The notes under the pieces were generated by a model. That model did no database searches, had not been told where the DNA came from, and worked only from the letters and a program-made list of their open reading frames with translations. 64,000 nucleotides of DNA from Sphagnum compactum (Eukaryota), in assembly GCA_965153455.1 (NCBI GenBank), contig OZ234493.1, positions 18,900,213 to 18,964,212 on the forward strand, given 5' to 3'. A program made the translations under genes and the position numbers. This document shows, piece after piece, positions 54,228 to 64,000 of the stretch (its first letter is position 1; every line of letters begins with the position of its first letter).

Positions 54228-54447
54228 ACATCAATCACTGAAAGCACAAATCATGCACACAATAACACTGCAACATCCATGACTGAAAGCACACAAATCA
54301 TGCACACTACAACACTACTACATCCATGACTGAAGAAAGCTTACAAATCATGCACACAACAAAACTGTTACATCAATCACTGAAAGCACAGATCATGCAC
54401 AGAAGAACACTGCTACATCCATGACTGAAAGCACAAATCATGCACAT
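54228..54447. repeat. Tandem repeat, 45-50-bp unit x about 5, between the THS 3' end and the MDH promoter
   Basis: acatccatgactgaaagcacaaatcatgcacac... at 54228, 54273, 54320, 54370 and 54415. Confidence 0.88.
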
Positions 54448-54611
54448 GGCATTGCTGTAAGGTGCACATTTGGCCGGGGGTTTGGTTCACCATGTGAATA
54501 AGACTGTCAGGCATCATCAGTTGTCATGAAATCAAGTATGATGGTACCACTTCCATCACCAAATCTTTTGATGTCAAAAAGGTGCTGCTTCCATTATCCA
54601 GTAGAAAAGGA

Positions 54612-54639
54612 TAAACCCTAAACCCTAAACCTAAACCCT
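54612..54639 (+). repeat. Short interstitial telomere-type repeat
   Basis: taaaccctaaaccctaaacctaaaccct. Confidence 0.65.
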
Positions 54640-55337
54640 CACATCCAAACATGCAGATTTTAATCTAAGTCTTGGAATCCTGCAAAGACTATATATAACC
54701 ATCATCTGCAAGAAAAGCTCACAAAGTAAAGGTGCACAGATCCACCACTACAAGGACCTTTTTTATCCATGTATGACATTGTGGAGAAATCTCTAAACAA
54801 AGCACTTCCTGAATGGGTTGACAAATCATAACATTGTGAGAGTTGCTCAGAAAGCAGCAGACCCATCACCTTTGTCATGAATAGCAGTAAGAAGCTGGCC
54901 ATGACTTGCCACTGGCTTCATCAGCTTCCAATGGTGCCAGCATAGATTTTAAGTACATGATAGTCTGGGCAACAATTTTTCAGGCAAACATTATAGAAAC
55001 ATCTGCATTCTCCAACAAGGATTGTGCAATTGAATCAAACAATGGAGGGAGACTGAAATTTGTCCAACTGCTCAAGGTGTGGGTGAGGTAAATCATAGGC
55101 TCAACAATACCAAATCAGTTTCTCAAACACAAAACCTGCATTTAACTGTTTAGAGATCAACTTGCATGAACTCATAAATTCTAAAGCTCTCACTTGTCAC
55201 TGATCTACCTTCCCGAAAAACTAAAGAAAAATAAACAAAAGAAGATGGCCCACTTTGTGGGTCCATGATCTTTCACATAACCATGTGAGAGCACTGGGAT
55301 TTGCACTGATTTCCTTCCCCGACATGATGCAATGGAA

Positions 55338-58456
<3,119 letters not shown>

Positions 58457-58473
58457 TTATTCTTCAAATCTAA

Positions 58474-58478
<5 letters not shown>

Positions 58479-58550
<72 letters not shown>
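58479..58550. repeat. (CT)36 microsatellite, (AG)n on the coding strand, in the THS 5' region
   Basis: Perfect dinucleotide run starting 32 nt upstream of the ATG. Confidence 0.95.
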
Positions 58551-58553
<3 letters not shown>

Positions 58554-61500
58554 GTTTTCCGGTTGTGACTATTGCAACGGTCTATGGCCTTGAGAAATTT
58601 CAATCTGCCACAACGACAACCGATTCACTCACCTCTGCCAAAACTGCGACACAAAAACCAAGCATCTTCCGCTGTCCGACTTCTGCTTTTCTCCGCCCGT
58701 TCGAAAACAAAATCCGGGACAACTGTTGGAACTCTTCTCAAAACAGTCTTGAGTTCAGAGGAGAACTTCAGCGGCTTCACTATAATCCTGAAAAGAACTA
58801 CCTTCTCCTCCTGCTCCCCTTGGTTTTCCTCCTTCAGTGTGGCGATCAATTGCGCGCCGCGAGCACGAGAAAACCCAAGTGCACTCGTTTTTTTGTTCTC
58901 TCGCGAAGCTCGCCGCGATCCGTCGTTACGATAGAGAGAAAGAGAACGAAGGCTGTTGGGCTTTCGCGTCATGGCGGCGGCGGTATACCACCGCCTTTCA
59001 AAGTGGATGCAAAATCATCACATACGGATGATAAACTCATCCATCCAAACTCTATTTTGCTTTTTCAAATCGAAGAAATCAAAGTTGGAATTTTTCTTTT
59101 GTACAAAAAAATTAAAATAAAATAAAACTTAAAACTTAAAACTCTTTTGGGATTTGGGCTTCTGGGCTCACCTTAAAAATGCCATGTAGAAAATGGGCAC
59201 TTCAACAAATATCTGTGGAATTATTAATTCCTATTAAAAATAGAATATTTTTATAGATTTTCTATATTCTTTCACAAATATTTTTTTCTATGTATTTTTT
59301 TTTGAAATTCCAACATTTCAAAAATAATGTAATTAGTGTCAAAGTTGCCAAAGTATTTCAATAGATAAGTAGGTAGGAAGGAAAGGGGTTTGTTTATGGA
59401 ATAGGGTTTTTGTTTTTTTTGTTTTTCCCCTACAAATTTATCTAAATAGGTACTAGTAATTGGATGTGGCTTGAGTCACCTCTTCATTATAATAAATCAC
59501 ATATGAAATTTGAAATTTCCCCTTTTTGCTAGCCTAAATTTAATATTGTCAAAATTCTAAGGCCAAACTTAATGTCTTTAATGCACATTGTTATTTAACT
59601 ACTCATGGTGCATTTAGTATAAGGTAATGCATTGTTGTTAAGGCATTATGCCCTAAAAACGATGCTTTATGCAACAACCAAGGAGCAACGGTTGAGATGT
59701 ATTCATAGCATTTCAATGAGTGGTAGAGGTTGCCTTTGAAGAAAAACAATTTGCACCTCTCTCCGGATCTTATGTGAAATCGTTACTCCATCCTAGAGTG
59801 AGAAATTATGCTTGAGAATTTACCCCAATTTGCAATAAGCTTCTCCTTTGAGATATTGTTGTGGATTTTGAAGTTTCAATGACAATGGTACATTAGTACT
59901 AGTGTAGAGAAAGCAACTTCAAGTTTCATAAGTTATCATTTTGGACAACAATTACAAGAGACAATTCCACATTGGAACCTTTCCATGATTTTCTTAAATT
60001 CGTATCATCACCTTTCAATCTTTGTATTCAAAGTTGAATGTTTTTTTGTCATCTCAACACGAAATTGTCATGCAAGTTAAATAAGGAAACACAAGTTAAC
60101 ATAAAATTGTCTGCAAGATGAATATCAAACAACACAAAATTAACATGAATTCATATTTTACAAGATGATCAAGACAATGCAAAACATTTGTCTTACCAGA
60201 TGATTATTAGATAACACAAATTATGGAATGCAACATGAATATCAAACAACACACAATTTACATAAAGTTTTCGTGGAAACTTTGATTATATAATTTCACA
60301 AATTGTCAAAACATGATAAGTAAACATAATCATAAAAAATGCATTGTGTCATTACAAGTCCAAAAAGTTTAGGGAGTGTTGAAAAGGATTATAATTTAGG
60401 AAATAGGGAATAATGCACAAGTTTGAAAAGTGTAGGAGAAGAATTAAAGCAATTTTGGGAATAAAGATTATTGCACAAAATTGGACAGGATTATAATTTT
60501 GACAATAACACAACAACCCATCAATTTTCCTACCACTTTACACACTTTTAAGTTCTAATGCATATATGCAAATCTATTGTGTATATGTGTAGTTGATTGT
60601 CATTAGTAATGTGGAGTAGCACAAAGCCCAAGGTCTAACATAATCCAAACAACAAGAAGTTTTAGCATTTTAAATAATAACATTGTCATTTGAAGCGTGT
60701 AATATACTACAACCTTGATAAATATTTACTTCTAAATCGCACATATTGTCAAATCCTTCATTAATGATGGGTTGTCAATTTGATGGAAACTACACTACAT
60801 TTGAACATTCAAATGGTTAAATTTGGGTTATTTATTTGAAATGTAGGTCAAGTCTTATGGTTCACAAATTACATCTATATACATGAAGCAATTGAAAATC
60901 ACTAGTACTTTCACCTAAATTGAAGGTGGCCCAATGATGGTTCTTCAAGAGCTTCAAATTATTCATTTAAATTATGAAATATCTTTTTTATATTTTTTAA
61001 CAGAATCATCATGTATATAATTTGATGGTCTTGATTCATAGTTTCAAGTTGCAATGCGTGTGTGCTTTTTGTAGCTTTTGAGGATGGGGTGCAATTTAAG
61101 TCCTTTTACAATAATCATTTTGTCAATGGTGAAAGCATGGTAAAATATACATAAAATTTTGATGAACTAAAGTTGAGTTTAAAAATGAAACATTTTTCTT
61201 AATAAATATATGAAAGGAAATTCAAAATATATTAAAGGTTAGTTATAAAAAATCAAAAAATTCATTGAATTTATAATAAGACAAATGCATAATTAGGATT
61301 TGTTTATGATAATAAAAGCAGGGAATGAATATTTTTGAAACTAACTAGTTAGTATGGTGTTCAAAATTACATTTTCATTTTAAAATTCAATGAAATATAT
61401 ATGTATTAAGTTTGAATATAAAGATCATTGTATATTCAAATACATATTTTTTAATTTTTTTAATTGATAAAACATATCTGACACATACTTGAAATAAATG

Positions 61501-64000
61501 TTCCATTGCAAAAAATAGACTTCAAAAGTTATTTGCAATTAGAAAAACTTGAATAAATTTACTTTTATATTGAAAATATTGAAAATTAATACATTAGTGA
61601 AAAAGAATTTTTTTTATCATTCAAGTAGAAAATTAAATGTATAATAATTAATTTTTAGCTATGTTGAACCCTATTAATGACAATTTTATTAATTGTTTGC
61701 ATTGGCAAGGCAAAAGGCTAACCATTCAATAGTGTTATCAATAAGTTTTTTCCCAATATTACTTGAGGCCATTGAGTGACGATGTGACCATATTGATGTA
61801 CATCAAAGTTATGTGACCCACCCTTGTCAAGGGTATTTATTTTGTTGCATTTTCATTTAGTAAATACCAAAACCCATCTTCATTTACCTCCATTAATGTA
61901 ATGTGGTGCATTGTTTTGAAGAATAACAATTATGTTATTATTTCGTTTGGGAAAGATCAAATATATGAAACAACCATTATGAAACAATGTATTGAATTTT
62001 GGAATATACAAATTAATGAGTTTTTTGTTTGTATGTATAATTAAAATATTCTCTCTCTTTTTAATGTTTGAAAATTAAAAATATTGATAATTCAATGTTA
62101 TATTTTAAATTTTAGTATCATTATGTGATTATTAGTAAGAAAAAAAAATTACTTTTGATCAAATTAGAATGCATGTGTTTGAGATTGAAGTTCACCATGA
62201 ATTTTCAAAGCTAACATGTTGAATTTTGATTGATAGAATTGCAATCAAAGTTTGGCATACTTATTGTTGGGTTTTGTTTGGTCACTTGTGGATAGTTTTT
62301 AAAATTGTTTTTAGGTTTGTTTGTATGTAAGAAATATGGGTTCTTAGTCAAGGAAAGGTGGGTTAGTGTAAAATCAATGCAAACCATATATTTGAAAGTT
62401 CAAATTTCACAAATTTTCAAAGATATGAAGCATGTGTGATTTTCTTTGTAATGCCATTACTTGTGTCATTGATTGAGAACAAGGATTATGGAGAATAGAT
62501 ACAAGTTGTTTCTATCACATTGAACATTTGGTATTTCATCATTTTGATCATTTGCTTAAATATGGGTGCACTCCAAAAACATTGTTATTTATGAAGAAAG
62601 GGGACATTAAGGTTTTTAATCCTCATAGTTCTTTTGTGGCATGGAGTGACTAACGTGGTTACATCTTGGTTCATGAAAATCACCGTAAAAAGAAAAAAAT
62701 CATGGTTAACAAAAGAAGTGTTCATGTTCAAATTTTACAAAGGGAATTGGAAAGCACTCTCTAACCAAATAAGCACCATTGAAATTGTGCCTTCCAATTT
62801 TTTACAATGTGAACTTTGTGGTTTGTCATTGAAAGAACTCAATGCCATTTGTGGTAAAATTTGTAAAGACAAGTTCAATGCAACCGGGAAATACACTTTT
62901 GGACATGCTCCAATATTTGACTTAGATTATATTGAAAAGTAAAGAATTTGTGGTTAAACAATTACCATTAGGATATTGTTATTGTTGCAAACTTTGTGGG
63001 AAAACCTTTTAAAGCTTATACGGATAATTGAATAGCCATCCATAAACTAAAAATTCAATATATATGTTGTGAATAGGGTATAACCCTTGTTATTCTTATA
63101 CATAATTGGGATGGGTCAAATCCATCTAGAGTTGTGTTCTCAAGATCATGCTCTTTGACAAAGTTTCTATTTCCATAGTTCACAACTCCTCCAAAGCCTC
63201 AAATTGATGAACTTGTCGTAGCAAACAAAAGTAAACACACCCCACAAGGTGGAGACCATATTCCAATTCATTTTGGGATTATGAGTGTAGCATTGGCTAC
63301 TACATTGTGTTCACATAAACTAAAAATGATGCCACAAAGCTTGTAAGAGTTTTGAAACTTGGTATTAGTAAAGCTTTGCATGAAGATATATTTATTTATG
63401 CCCGTCATAAAAGTTGATGAAGTTAGTGGGAAGCAATGGATACTATATTAACCATTCACATGATAAAAATGATGGTATGATATTATGTGAATGGCATTGT
63501 AAAATTATGACTACATTAATTATTTTCCTCCTTTTTTTCTTTTATTGGAACTATCACAACAATTGCTTTCAAAGTGCTATTGTGAATTTTTTTTTGCAAC
63601 CTCATAAAAAATTTGCAAAGCCCACTTAAGGAAAAAAAAATCAAATTATTTCATGTTATCTTTGATAAGTATATCACAATATATTTCTCATTGTTTCAAA
63701 ATTCCAATCCAACATCAATCACAACATTTAATAAAAGGAGACTCAAGTTCATTTCACACACTTCACAATGCCAATTTTTTCACACCTCATCACCTTAAGC
63801 ATAAGAATTTAATTACACCTTCACTTTTCCATAATTGATTGCCATTCATATAAGCAAAATGACAAGAATCAATGTCTCACATAACTCGAGTCAAACTTGA
63901 GTTTTTTCTTGTCATTTATAGTTTGACAAGCCATAATTAAGTACATATCGGACCAACAAATTAAGAACAATAAAATCCTATGGCAAACATATGTTATATA

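Noticed and set aside
58565..59125. 186-aa ORF divergent from THS
   Set aside because: GTG start, no recognisable domain, and it overlaps the THS leader and promoter.

Overview
Eukaryotic, intron-containing, AT-rich land-plant genomic DNA. A bryophyte such as Sphagnum is my inference from gene structure and repeat style, not a verified assignment. Six intact spliced protein-coding genes can be assembled with frame-consistent exons: 40S ribosomal protein S27 (+), plastid thioredoxin z (+), GH47 ER-type alpha-1,2-mannosidase MNS3 (+), a CDF-type Dof transcription factor (-), cytosolic NAD malate dehydrogenase (-) and plastid threonine synthase (-). Intergenic DNA holds a decayed non-LTR retrotransposon of the RT plus restriction-like endonuclease (CRE-like) type, itself interrupted by an hAT-type MITE. 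It also holds many MITE or foldback elements and numerous local tandem duplications. I found no tRNA, rRNA or CRISPR array, and I cannot support a wholly new biological system. The best leads are: an overlapping uORF ending in a TAATG stop-start on the CDF gene; a probable GC-AG intron in MDH; an LPST variant of the MNS3 LPYS Golgi-retention motif; a 52-bp tandem array of hairpins; a 40-bp foldback; and the CRE-like retroelement.
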